DNA of 64,000 nucleotides, from the NCBI GenBank assembly GCA_050298595.1, contig JBNKUM010000100.1, positions 32,001-96,000 on the forward strand, written 5' to 3'. The stretch's first letter is position 1. Every line of letters begins with the position of its first letter. Below are positions 21,340 to 30,908 of this stretch, one piece after another. The notes beneath the pieces are model-generated. The model made no database searches and was not told where the DNA came from. It saw only the letters and a program-made list of their open reading frames with translations. The stretch is from Gammaproteobacteria bacterium. Its GTDB lineage: Bacteria; Pseudomonadota; Gammaproteobacteria; GCA-001735895. A program made the position numbers and the translations under genes.

Positions 21340-21666
21340 ATGAAAAAGAGTAAACCTGAAAGGTGGGAAAAAGAAAAGAAAGCGATTAAGGCTACGCAGG
21401 TCGCTTTCGATATTTCCACCGAGGCGCAGAAAAAGCTAAAGTTAATGGCCAGTCAAAATGATTTGTCACCTTCGGATCAAATGCGCGAGATTTTAGGCCT
21501 GCCTCGTAAAAAGCCCGTTCGACCCAGGTTGACCATTTCTCTGACCGTTAAAGACTATGAGTTTTTAGCTGGCATTTATAAGCTCGACCCAGAAGATAAA
21601 CTGGCTATTAAAGAGAGAGCAGCCAGAGAGATCATTGCAAAAGTAATGGAACAGGAAAAGCAATAG
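21340..21666 (+). CDS. Small basic protein, putative tandem ribbon-helix-helix regulator
   Basis: Two strand-helix-helix-like segments (ATQVAFDISTEAQKKLKLMA..LSPSDQMREIL and PRLTISLTVKDYEFLA). Fold is an inference. Confidence 0.6.
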   Translation: MKKSKPERWEKEKKAIKATQVAFDISTEAQKKLKLMASQNDLSPSDQMREILGLPRKKPVRPRLTISLTVKDYEFLAGIYKLDPEDKLAIKERAAREIIAKVMEQEKQ

Positions 21667-21670
21667 TCTG

Positions 21671-22243
21671 ATGCGAAAGGCAATGGGTGACTATAAGTTA
21701 TTACTTATTTATATAGTCATATTATGGAGTGTAGAAATAGTGAACCTGCTTTTAAATCATAATTTAAATCAGTTCGCACTACGCCCCAGAGAAGTGAGTA
21801 ATTTATACGGTGTTATATCGATGCACTTTCTGCACAATGGTGTGGGGCATTTGTTATCAAATACCATACCGTTGTTGATACTGGGTTTTTTCGTCAGTGC
21901 ACTCAATAAATTGCGTAGTGTTACTTTTTTAATCATGCTTTTGACTGGCTTACTGGTCTGGCTTTTTGCAAGAGATGGACTACACGCTGGGGCTTCAGGG
22001 TTAGTCATGGGGTACTGGGGATATCTGATCAGTAATGCATATTTTAACCGCAGTTTCAAGAATATAACGATTGCAGTTATCACTCTGTTAATCTATAGCG
22101 GTGCGGTCTTCACATTGTTTGACTTCCGCGCAGGAATAAGTTTTGAAGGACATATATTCGGATTCATGTCAGGTGTTTTCTGTGCCTGGCTATGGGCACA
22201 AAAGAAGCAGAAAGTAATACGTAAAACAGTTCGAGGAAATTAG
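21671..22243 (+). CDS. Rhomboid-family intramembrane serine protease
   Basis: FLH...HLLSN, catalytic GASG, ISFEGHIFG (catalytic His); about 6 TM helices. Confidence 0.9.
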   Translation: MRKAMGDYKLLLIYIVILWSVEIVNLLLNHNLNQFALRPREVSNLYGVISMHFLHNGVGHLLSNTIPLLILGFFVSALNKLRSVTFLIMLLTGLLVWLFARDGLHAGASGLVMGYWGYLISNAYFNRSFKNITIAVITLLIYSGAVFTLFDFRAGISFEGHIFGFMSGVFCAWLWAQKKQKVIRKTVRGN

Positions 22244-22245
22244 TA

Positions 22246-22914
22246 ATGGATGATTTTTTAGTCAATATAAGCAGTTTTCCAACGGTGATCTATACCACAT
22301 TACTGGTGGTTGTGGTCGGATACTGGCTGCTCGCGTTTACCGGGACTTTTGATCTGGACGCGTTTGATGTGGGCGTAGATATAGATATGGATATGGACCT
22401 GGATGGTGACGTTGGTGATTTAGGTGGAATCGCAGGGCTATTGACCACTTTAGGCTTAACGGGTGTACCGATCACTATCGTGATTAGCCTGCTATTACTC
22501 AATGCATGGATTGTGTGCTATTTCCTGAGCCTGTTAATCCCGGCTTTCCCGCAGTTTATTTCATTGATACAGCTTGCAATAAATATTGGCGTAGCCATTG
22601 GTAGTTTTATGGTATCGATTCCGCTCACGGCGACAATGATAAAGCCTATGAAAGGATTATTTAGAAAAGTAAACCAGGCTCCTATATCAAAGTCCCTGTT
22701 AGGAGCGACCTGCCGCATTAGAAGTAGCCGTGCGGATGCTGAATTTGGTGAAGCCGAATGTATGCTTGAGGGTGCGAGTTTGATCGTAAAGGTCAGGGCA
22801 GTGGGTGATCAAACTTTTGCCACCGGGGACAGGGTGGTAGTGATTGAGCACAATAAAGAGAAACAGGTTTTTAACGTGGTCAGCGAACAAGAGTTCAAAG
22901 ATCAATTAGATTAG
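22246..22914 (+). CDS. YqiJ/NfeD-like OB-fold membrane protein (flotillin partner)
   Basis: TM helix, acidic DxDxD linker, LGLTGVP.TI motif, C-terminal OB-fold; immediately precedes flotillin. Confidence 0.78.
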   Translation: MDDFLVNISSFPTVIYTTLLVVVVGYWLLAFTGTFDLDAFDVGVDIDMDMDLDGDVGDLGGIAGLLTTLGLTGVPITIVISLLLLNAWIVCYFLSLLIPAFPQFISLIQLAINIGVAIGSFMVSIPLTATMIKPMKGLFRKVNQAPISKSLLGATCRIRSSRADAEFGEAECMLEGASLIVKVRAVGDQTFATGDRVVVIEHNKEKQVFNVVSEQEFKDQLD

Positions 22915-22977
22915 CAAAGCATTAAGGTTGAACAGACTTATATTTAACAAGAAAACATATATTTAGGAGCTTTACCG

Positions 22978-24972
22978 ATGGAATTACTATTACCAATACT
23001 AACTTACGGCGGCATTTTATTAATCGCAATTGTCGCATTAGCGATGATATTCAGTGCCTTTTATAAAAAAGTACCTCAGGGATATGCACTTATCGTTAAC
23101 GACATGTCATCACAACCCAAGGTACACTTTACAGGAGGACTGGTCTGGCCTGTCATTCACAAGATGGAGGTCATGAAGATCTCGCTCATTACTCTGGAAA
23201 TAGACCGCAGAGGGAAGGATGGGTTGATTTGTCAGGATAATCTTCGTGCAGATATCATCGTGGCATTTTATCTGAGAGTGAACGAAACCAGAGACGATGT
23301 TCTTCGAGTCGCCAAGTCAATTGGTGTAGATCGGGCATCAGATAAAGATGCGGTAGACGAATTATTTGGTGCCAAGTTTTCCGAGGCATTAAAGACCGTG
23401 GGTAAAAACATGGTATTTCTTGACCTGTTTGAAAACAGAATAAAGTTCAGAGAAAAGATTATTCAGGTTATTGGTGATGACCTGAATGGTTATGTATTAG
23501 AAGATGTTGCGATTGATTATCTGGAGCAAACACCAAAGTCTCAGCTTGACCCCAGTAATATTCTTGATTCAGAGGGTATTCGAAGAATCACTGAAATCAC
23601 CGCTATTCAAAATATACAGACCAATCGTCTGGAAAAGGATGAAGCCCTTGCCATTACCAAAAAGAATGTCGAAACTCGCGAAGCCATGCTGGCTTTAGAG
23701 CGTCAGCAAATTGATGCAGAGTCAAAACAGAAACGTGAGATAGAGACAGTACAGGCGCGTGAAGCAGCAGAAACTAAAAAGGTTCAGGAAGAAGAGCGTC
23801 TTAAAGCAGAGCAATCCACTATCGAAACCAATGAACAACTCGAAATACGTAACCAGGTCAAAATACGCCAGGTCGAAATAGCCGAACAAAACCGTGAGCG
23901 TGCCGTAGTAATCGAAAAAGAAAAGGTCATCCGTGCGCAGAAAATGGAAGAGGTCAATCGACAGCGCGAAGTTGAATTAGCGATTATAGAAAAAGACAAG
24001 GCGCTGGAAGAAGAAAAGAAAATCATCGCACAGACTATTAGTGAAAGAATTGCTGTTGAAAAGAAAGTCACGGAAGAAGAAGAGCGTATCAAAGAAGTGA
24101 AAGAAGTTTCTGAAGCTGATCGTAAGAAACAGGTAGTTGTTCTGGCAGCCGAGGCTTCGGCTCAGGAAGAACTGGTACACACCGTCATGCGAGCAGAGGC
24201 AGATGAAAAGAAAGCAACACATAAAGCCCGCGAAATCAATGTTATGGCACAGGCTGAATTAGAAGCGGCCTCCAAAAAAGCAGAAGCTGAGAAGAAATTA
24301 GCCGAAGGTACACAGGCAATAGCCGCCGCCACCGGGCTGGCCGAGGCGCGCGTTATGGAAGCCAAAGCAGATGCCAAAGAGAAGGAAGGCATCGCCGAAG
24401 CGCACGTTCAGGAAGCGAAAGCCATTTCATCCGAAAAAGCCGGTTTGGCTGAAGCCAGAGTGCTGGAAGAAAAATTATTCGCAGAAGCGCGCGGTAATGA
24501 GGAAATGGGTAAGGCTGAAGCCGTAGCCAACAAGGAAATCGGTATGAGTAATGCTGAAGTTTTACGTGAGAAAGGTAAGGCTGAGGCCGATGCTCTGGTA
24601 GAGAAGTTTGCAGCCATGAACAACATGAACACAGAGTCCCGTGAGTTCGAAGAATTCCGCCTCAATCTGGAAGTTCATCTACAGGAAGTCATGGCGTCCA
24701 TTGCAGCCAATAAAGATATCGCGAGTGATCAGGCCAGCGTTCTGGCTGCAGCGCTTGAAAAAGCGAATATCGATATCGTCGGTGGACAGGGCGACTACTT
24801 CGATAAACTTGCCAAAGGTATGGGCGCTGGTAATGCAGTGAACGGTTTCATTGAGAAAAGCCCGATAGTACAGGCCTTGATGGAAAAGCTACTGGGTGGT
24901 GCAAGCACTATACCCAGGACCATTCCTGGGTCAGATAAAGGTGACACCAAGGTCGATAAGAAGACTTCTTAA
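22978..24972 (+). CDS. Flotillin-like SPFH protein (YqiK-like)
   Basis: N-terminal TM, SPFH domain (GLICQDNLRADI.VAFY.RV), long AE/EA-rich coiled coil. Confidence 0.88.
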   Translation: MELLLPILTYGGILLIAIVALAMIFSAFYKKVPQGYALIVNDMSSQPKVHFTGGLVWPVIHKMEVMKISLITLEIDRRGKDGLICQDNLRADIIVAFYLRVNETRDDVLRVAKSIGVDRASDKDAVDELFGAKFSEALKTVGKNMVFLDLFENRIKFREKIIQVIGDDLNGYVLEDVAIDYLEQTPKSQLDPSNILDSEGIRRITEITAIQNIQTNRLEKDEALAITKKNVETREAMLALERQQIDAESKQKREIETVQAREAAETKKVQEEERLKAEQSTIETNEQLEIRNQVKIRQVEIAEQNRERAVVIEKEKVIRAQKMEEVNRQREVELAIIEKDKALEEEKKIIAQTISERIAVEKKVTEEEERIKEVKEVSEADRKKQVVVLAAEASAQEELVHTVMRAEADEKKATHKAREINVMAQAELEAASKKAEAEKKLAEGTQAIAAATGLAEARVMEAKADAKEKEGIAEAHVQEAKAISSEKAGLAEARVLEEKLFAEARGNEEMGKAEAVANKEIGMSNAEVLREKGKAEADALVEKFAAMNNMNTESREFEEFRLNLEVHLQEVMASIAANKDIASDQASVLAAALEKANIDIVGGQGDYFDKLAKGMGAGNAVNGFIEKSPIVQALMEKLLGGASTIPRTIPGSDKGDTKVDKKTS

Positions 24973-24990
24973 TCTGACTTAATGCCAATC

Positions 24991-25026
24991 TATCTGAGCA
25001 CTCCAGCTATGCAGAGTGCCCAGATA
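24991..25026 (+). other. Intercistronic stem-loop between flotillin and ATPase genes
   Basis: tatctgagcactc...gagtgcccagata imperfect stem without U-tract. Confidence 0.4.
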
Positions 25027-25062
25027 CTATCTAAAGACTGTAACTAATGGCAGGGAATACTC

Positions 25063-28000
25063 GTGACAGATCAAACTGAACACACAACGATATCCGAACA
25101 GGCTGTTGCCGAGGGTGGCGCTTACGAAGTGATACGCCAGCGTTTAAGCGAACAGCAGCATTCACTGGATAGCCTGGTCAGCGACATTAATAACGCACGA
25201 CAACAGGAGTTTGGCAGCACCGAGATGAAAGTGCTAGGGCGCATGCGGCTGAGAACCGAAAATAACTGTCAGGCAAAGGATCTGGTAGTAGTCGGCGAGT
25301 ATGTGCTGTTTGGCTATAACGTGCATATCGGGCTGAGAAAAGAAACGCGTATCGAAGATGTGCTTGCGCTGTTCACCCTGGATGAAAAAGAGGGCGAATA
25401 CGATCTAAGATCGGTACCAGTTAAAGATTCATTTCTGGCCGATAGTCGATTTAAAACCGACTTCGAAGAACTATATGCCTATTATAAAGATACCGCGCTA
25501 TCCCAGTTAGTGCTGAAAAATAACAGGCTACTCGCATCCTTCCAGATCGGTGAAAAGCTCACCGACGTGCGTGTCTTTCGCTGGCAGGTATCAACCGATG
25601 GTCAACAGATAGATTATATCGATAACCGTGGCGAACGTGATATCCAGTTACCGGCCAGTCACGATTTTGAATGGGTGGAGTGCCAGCGCGATGATGTTGT
25701 TGACGGACGTAATCCACATATCAATATTCTGGATACCCTGTTTGTCGACGCCTCACGCGGCGATATTACGATTAAGGTAGAAAACAATACCAATGTTGGA
25801 CTGGGTATTTATTCTGAACCCGTAGAAGAAGAAAACCAGTCGCTGGACGATGCTGAATTCTACTACGCCGATCTTAATCAGATTATTTTATTAAAGATAA
25901 AACCCTATCGAGAAGAGAGCTACCGCTACCTGGTATTTAATCGAAATAACCAGAATGTGCAACGCATAGACGCCATCGGCAATGCCTGTTTACAGCTGCC
26001 CGAAGATCACGGCATCATTTTTCCGGGCGGCTATTATCTAATCAGCGGGGAAATGAAAACATTCGATGACAATCTCGAAAATCTGGTGTTCAAACGGTCA
26101 ATGCGTTCACCTAACGGCGAAGATGTTCTGTATGTGTTCTACCAGCCCGAATCAAATGCCATTGTACTGTATGGATACAATCTGATTGAAAAGACATTGC
26201 AAAACCCATTAAAGGGCCATGGTTATGGATTTTACGAAGATGGACGCATGATCATCTTTTATGCAGACGATGAACCTAACCGGGTGCATCCATTGCAAAT
26301 CTGGCAAACGCCTTATTACAGCGAAAGCCACGCCAGCGCACAACCGGTCTCACAGAGCTTTTATGGAAAAATAGGTAATGCCGAACTGGTTCGAGGTATC
26401 TCCGAGTTATATAGCATCAGCAAGAGCATGTTATTAGAGGATGTATCAGCGGATCACTACCACAGACTCAGTCAATCTTGTAATCAGATATTCGATACCT
26501 ATTACTGGTTGGATTCACCCGAGCTGGCATCCATCGCCAGGTTGCTGCGGCAGATTGAAAGCACCGCCGAACTGGTGATAGACGAATATGAAAAAGTAGA
26601 AAGTATCCGTGCTCAATCGACTAAGGCATTGACTGAAGCAGAGGCAACTCAACTCGAGATTATTCGACATATCAAACCCGACAGTTGGCACACTCCACAG
26701 GAATTTGTCGATGGATTATTCAGCATAAGACAACATCGTGGTCACCTGATGACGATAAAGTCCTATCGCTATATCGATGCCGACCGGATACAGCAGTTAG
26801 ATGCCGACATCGCAGCGATTGAGCAGGAATTAAATCAGCAAACGGTAGCATTCCTGGCTTCTGAAGGTGCATTAAAAAGCTATTACAAAGTGCTGGAGAC
26901 TGTTGCAGCTGAACGTGTTAAATGCAGAACGAATGCTGAACTAAAACCCCACGTGGAAACTCTGCAGAAACTGGCGCAATCACTGGACCTGATTTCTGAA
27001 ATGATGGCGACACTAAAGGTAGACGATGCGACCATTCATACTAGAATTGTCGATGCAGTTTCCGAACTGTATAGCCGCCTCAATCAGCAAAAAGCCGAAC
27101 TGGAACATCAACGTAAAACCATGGGCAGCGCAGAAGCCACGGCTCAGTTCTCGGCGCGAATCAAACTATTAAGCCAGAGCATACACAATGCACTGGGCAT
27201 GTCGACGACACCGACCAAAAGTGATGAACAGTTTTCCAGGCTTCTGGTGCAGCTGGAAGAACTGGAAGGTGAATTCGGAGATTATGATGATTTTATCGCT
27301 GACATTATAAAAAAACGCGAAGAAATATTTGAGACCTTTGAAGAACATAAACAGGGACTCATTGATGCACAGCAACGCAAGGCACAGTCTCTGGCCGATG
27401 CTGGAGAGCGCATATTGCAAAGTGTGCAGCGGCGGGTAAAGCGTTTCTCCACTCAGGATGAATTAAACACCTTCTTTAGTGCCGATAGTCTGGTCAGAAA
27501 AATTAGCGATATTATCGAAAAATTAAAGACCCTGGACGATAGCGTAAAAGCGGAAGATCTGGATGCAAAATTAAAAGCAATCAGAGAGCAATCGATTCGC
27601 GCATTGCGTGATAAAAGCGATCTGTATGAAGAGGGCGGTCAGGTCATAAAACTAGGCCCAAGACACAAGTTTTCCGTTAATACTCAGGAGCTGGACTTAA
27701 CCATTCTACCGAAGGACGATGAGTTATTTATCCGCCTGACTGGCACCGACTATTTTGAAGCTCTGGACAATACTGAACTAAACGACATGCGCAGCTATTG
27801 GGCTATGCAGACACCTTCTGAAAGCGCTCAGCTTTATCGCGCCGAATATCTGGCCTATAGCATTTTGAAAGCAGCTGAAAATAATCAGAAGGATCTTAAC
27901 TGGCAAACATTAAGCAGTGCGACTGTAGACCTGACTCAAATGGTGAAACTGGTAGTCTCCTATGCCGCAGCGCGTTATAAAGAGGGCTACGAAAAAGGCA

Positions 28001-30342
28001 TACACGATCATGACGCCAGTCTAATTCTGCAAAAAATAGTGCCAGTGTACCAAAGCGCCGGTGTCTTCAAATACTCACCATCAGCGCGTGGGCTGGCAGC
28101 AATTTACTGGGCCAACTGTCAAAATGGCGATCTACAGAAATCATGGCATCAGCGCGCCAGAAATGCAGCGCAGATGACGACCTTATTTTCAGATAATAAT
28201 GCCAAACATATTCTGAGTAATGAAATAGCCATAGATTTGTCACAGTTTGTTATCCAACACCAGCTACCTGATGATAAACGACTACTGAACAATGCCAGTG
28301 AATATCTAACTGATGAGTTATCACAGGAACGCGTCAGTTTCGCAACCACCAAATATGCACGCCAGCTATGCGATGAATTCATCACTCATTTAAAGACGCA
28401 TGATATTTGGCGTGATTATCAAAAAGCACTGGGTGATATGAAAGGACAGGTAGGTAAACGCTGGACTTTGGCACAAAGCTGGTTAAAAGCATATATACAG
28501 TCCCAGCAAAAACTTCAGTACAAAAGCTTTGTGGTAGAAGCCATTGGTATTTTAAACGCAGAACAAAGGATAGACCGCAGTGATCGTGAAAGCGATATTC
28601 AATTCACTATCGAAGGATTACTTGGTACGCATGAAAAGATAGAGAATCGTCAACTGACCATCCAGCTCGATGAATTTCTGGATAATAATCGTACACATCA
28701 CGAACATGTGATTCCTACTTACGAAAACTACCTGGAGAAACGTCACCAGATTATTAACCAAAAGAGACAGGAATTAAGGCTGGAAGAATTTAAGGCAAAA
28801 CCACTGTCATCTTTTGTCAGGAACAAACTCATCAATGAAGTTTATCTTCCGCTAATTGGCGACAACCTGGCGAAACAGATAGGTACGGTTGGCGATAAAA
28901 AGCGTACTGACTTAATGGGTCTGCTATTAATGATCTCCCCGCCAGGTTACGGTAAAACTACCTTAATGGAATACGTTGCCGACCGGCTCGGACTCATTTT
29001 CATGAAGATAAACTGTCCGGTCATAGGCCACTCAATTACCTCGATAGACCCACAACAGGCAGATAATAGTGCATCCCGACAGGAGCTGGAAAAACTAAAT
29101 CTGGCATTAGAAATGGGTAACAACGTGATGTTATATCTGGATGATATTCAACATACGAATAGCGAATTTCTGCAAAAATTTATTTCTCTAACAGATGGCA
29201 CAAGACGAATCGAAGGTGTCTGGAAAAACCAGCCCAGGACATACGACATGCGAGGTAAAAAGTTTTGTGTCGTCATGGCAGGCAACCCTTATACCGAATC
29301 GGGTGAGGCTTTTAAGATACCCGATATGCTCGCTAACCGGGCAGACATATACAACCTGGGTGATGTGCTCAGTGGCAAAGAAGAAGTGTTCGGGCTTAGC
29401 TATATCGAAAACTCATTAACCTCAAATCAAATACTGGCACCGCTCGCGACACGAGCAATGGATGACGTTTATAAATTCATCGACATGGTCAATGGTGTCA
29501 CTGTTGCGACTACCGATTTTTCGCATCAGTATTCTCAGGCAGAGATTAAGGAAATTGTTGATGTATTACAGAAAATGAAAACCATTCAGAGTGTAGTGTG
29601 GAAGGTGAACCAGGCCTACATAGCCTCTAGCGCACAGGATGATAAATACCGAACCGAACCCGTGTTTAAGCTACAGGGCTCGTATCGAAACATGAATAAA
29701 ATGGCGGAAAAGATATCATCGATCATGACCGAAGATGAGTTAATGCGCCTTGTTGATGATCACTATCAGGGCGAGTCTCAATTGCTCACTACTGGCACCG
29801 AAGCAAACCTGCTTAAGTTGGCTGAAATCAGAGGGAATATGACTGAAGCCCAACAGCAACGCTGGGCTCAAATCAAATCAGATTTCATGCGCAATAAAGC
29901 CATGGGTGGAGATGATGCAGATACCGGAGCCAAAATTGTGGTACAGCTTAATGATCTGGTTGGTGGTATTAATTCCTGGCGTGATAGCGTTGAAAAATCT
30001 CGTAGTGAAGAGAATGAAGAAAAGATTCGAGAGTTGGCTATTAGCAGAAAACAAAGTCATAAGTCATTATCAGATATTGCCAAAGCTATCAATCAACTGG
30101 TTGACAATATACACGCGGGCATTCAGGAAGAAAGCACGAATGACTCAGCAAAAACATTATCCGATAAACTGGCTGACGTACTTGAAAACACGCTTCAACC
30201 TTTAGTTCGAATTATGAATGGAAAGCTGGATTTAGATCTGGGTACACATAAAAATATGTCAGAGATAAATCGAAAATTAGATCTCATTGGTAAGCAATTC
30301 AAAGCCGAAACTTCAGCAAAAAAAACATCACAGACTAAGTAA
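25063..30342 (+). CDS. Large coiled-coil AAA+ ATPase (family usually labelled 'DNA repair ATPase', DUF3686)
   Basis: 1759 aa. N-terminal 'GGAYEVIR.RL', Walker A SPPGYGKT, Walker B MLYLDD, sensor-1 MAGN, arginine finger LANR. Confidence 0.85.
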   Translation: MTDQTEHTTISEQAVAEGGAYEVIRQRLSEQQHSLDSLVSDINNARQQEFGSTEMKVLGRMRLRTENNCQAKDLVVVGEYVLFGYNVHIGLRKETRIEDVLALFTLDEKEGEYDLRSVPVKDSFLADSRFKTDFEELYAYYKDTALSQLVLKNNRLLASFQIGEKLTDVRVFRWQVSTDGQQIDYIDNRGERDIQLPASHDFEWVECQRDDVVDGRNPHINILDTLFVDASRGDITIKVENNTNVGLGIYSEPVEEENQSLDDAEFYYADLNQIILLKIKPYREESYRYLVFNRNNQNVQRIDAIGNACLQLPEDHGIIFPGGYYLISGEMKTFDDNLENLVFKRSMRSPNGEDVLYVFYQPESNAIVLYGYNLIEKTLQNPLKGHGYGFYEDGRMIIFYADDEPNRVHPLQIWQTPYYSESHASAQPVSQSFYGKIGNAELVRGISELYSISKSMLLEDVSADHYHRLSQSCNQIFDTYYWLDSPELASIARLLRQIESTAELVIDEYEKVESIRAQSTKALTEAEATQLEIIRHIKPDSWHTPQEFVDGLFSIRQHRGHLMTIKSYRYIDADRIQQLDADIAAIEQELNQQTVAFLASEGALKSYYKVLETVAAERVKCRTNAELKPHVETLQKLAQSLDLISEMMATLKVDDATIHTRIVDAVSELYSRLNQQKAELEHQRKTMGSAEATAQFSARIKLLSQSIHNALGMSTTPTKSDEQFSRLLVQLEELEGEFGDYDDFIADIIKKREEIFETFEEHKQGLIDAQQRKAQSLADAGERILQSVQRRVKRFSTQDELNTFFSADSLVRKISDIIEKLKTLDDSVKAEDLDAKLKAIREQSIRALRDKSDLYEEGGQVIKLGPRHKFSVNTQELDLTILPKDDELFIRLTGTDYFEALDNTELNDMRSYWAMQTPSESAQLYRAEYLAYSILKAAENNQKDLNWQTLSSATVDLTQMVKLVVSYAAARYKEGYEKGIHDHDASLILQKIVPVYQSAGVFKYSPSARGLAAIYWANCQNGDLQKSWHQRARNAAQMTTLFSDNNAKHILSNEIAIDLSQFVIQHQLPDDKRLLNNASEYLTDELSQERVSFATTKYARQLCDEFITHLKTHDIWRDYQKALGDMKGQVGKRWTLAQSWLKAYIQSQQKLQYKSFVVEAIGILNAEQRIDRSDRESDIQFTIEGLLGTHEKIENRQLTIQLDEFLDNNRTHHEHVIPTYENYLEKRHQIINQKRQELRLEEFKAKPLSSFVRNKLINEVYLPLIGDNLAKQIGTVGDKKRTDLMGLLLMISPPGYGKTTLMEYVADRLGLIFMKINCPVIGHSITSIDPQQADNSASRQELEKLNLALEMGNNVMLYLDDIQHTNSEFLQKFISLTDGTRRIEGVWKNQPRTYDMRGKKFCVVMAGNPYTESGEAFKIPDMLANRADIYNLGDVLSGKEEVFGLSYIENSLTSNQILAPLATRAMDDVYKFIDMVNGVTVATTDFSHQYSQAEIKEIVDVLQKMKTIQSVVWKVNQAYIASSAQDDKYRTEPVFKLQGSYRNMNKMAEKISSIMTEDELMRLVDDHYQGESQLLTTGTEANLLKLAEIRGNMTEAQQQRWAQIKSDFMRNKAMGGDDADTGAKIVVQLNDLVGGINSWRDSVEKSRSEENEEKIRELAISRKQSHKSLSDIAKAINQLVDNIHAGIQEESTNDSAKTLSDKLADVLENTLQPLVRIMNGKLDLDLGTHKNMSEINRKLDLIGKQFKAETSAKKTSQTK

Positions 30343-30908
30343 AGCAGTAAGCTATGTCAGAGATTTGTATTAACCGGACAAATTAATATTCCGTCGATGA
30401 ATTAAAACTCATTATTGATGAAATAAATGCCTCCTGCCTCCAATCTGGTAAAAGATACAGCATCACTTTTTTCTTAGAATCGAGTCAGATAAACAATATC
30501 CGACACGGTTTATCCAAACCAGAAATATTTTTACGCTTATTTTTTAACTGAAGTATTGGCCGAATAATTAGAGTTTAACTTTATTCCAAATAGCAGGGGC
30601 AAAAATTGTCTTTTGGTTGATATGACTATGGGTGTCGTACGCTAAATAGCTAATATGATTTTTAAGTCAAAGCTGTTTTACTAATTATAAGAAGACTGCC
30701 AATTATCTAAATTTTATCTGCAAATATTATTCATCACAGGATATTTGTATTTAGGAAGCGTCTTGCCGGGTAATTTTATTTTAAAAACCTGAAGATATTC
30801 GAATTTACTTGTAAGTTCGGTTTTCAATATTTAATAAAACACCAGTAATTAAACCTTTCAACCTCCTAAAGGGAAGTGTAGAACTCAAAAGACAATCATG
30901 GAAACAAA

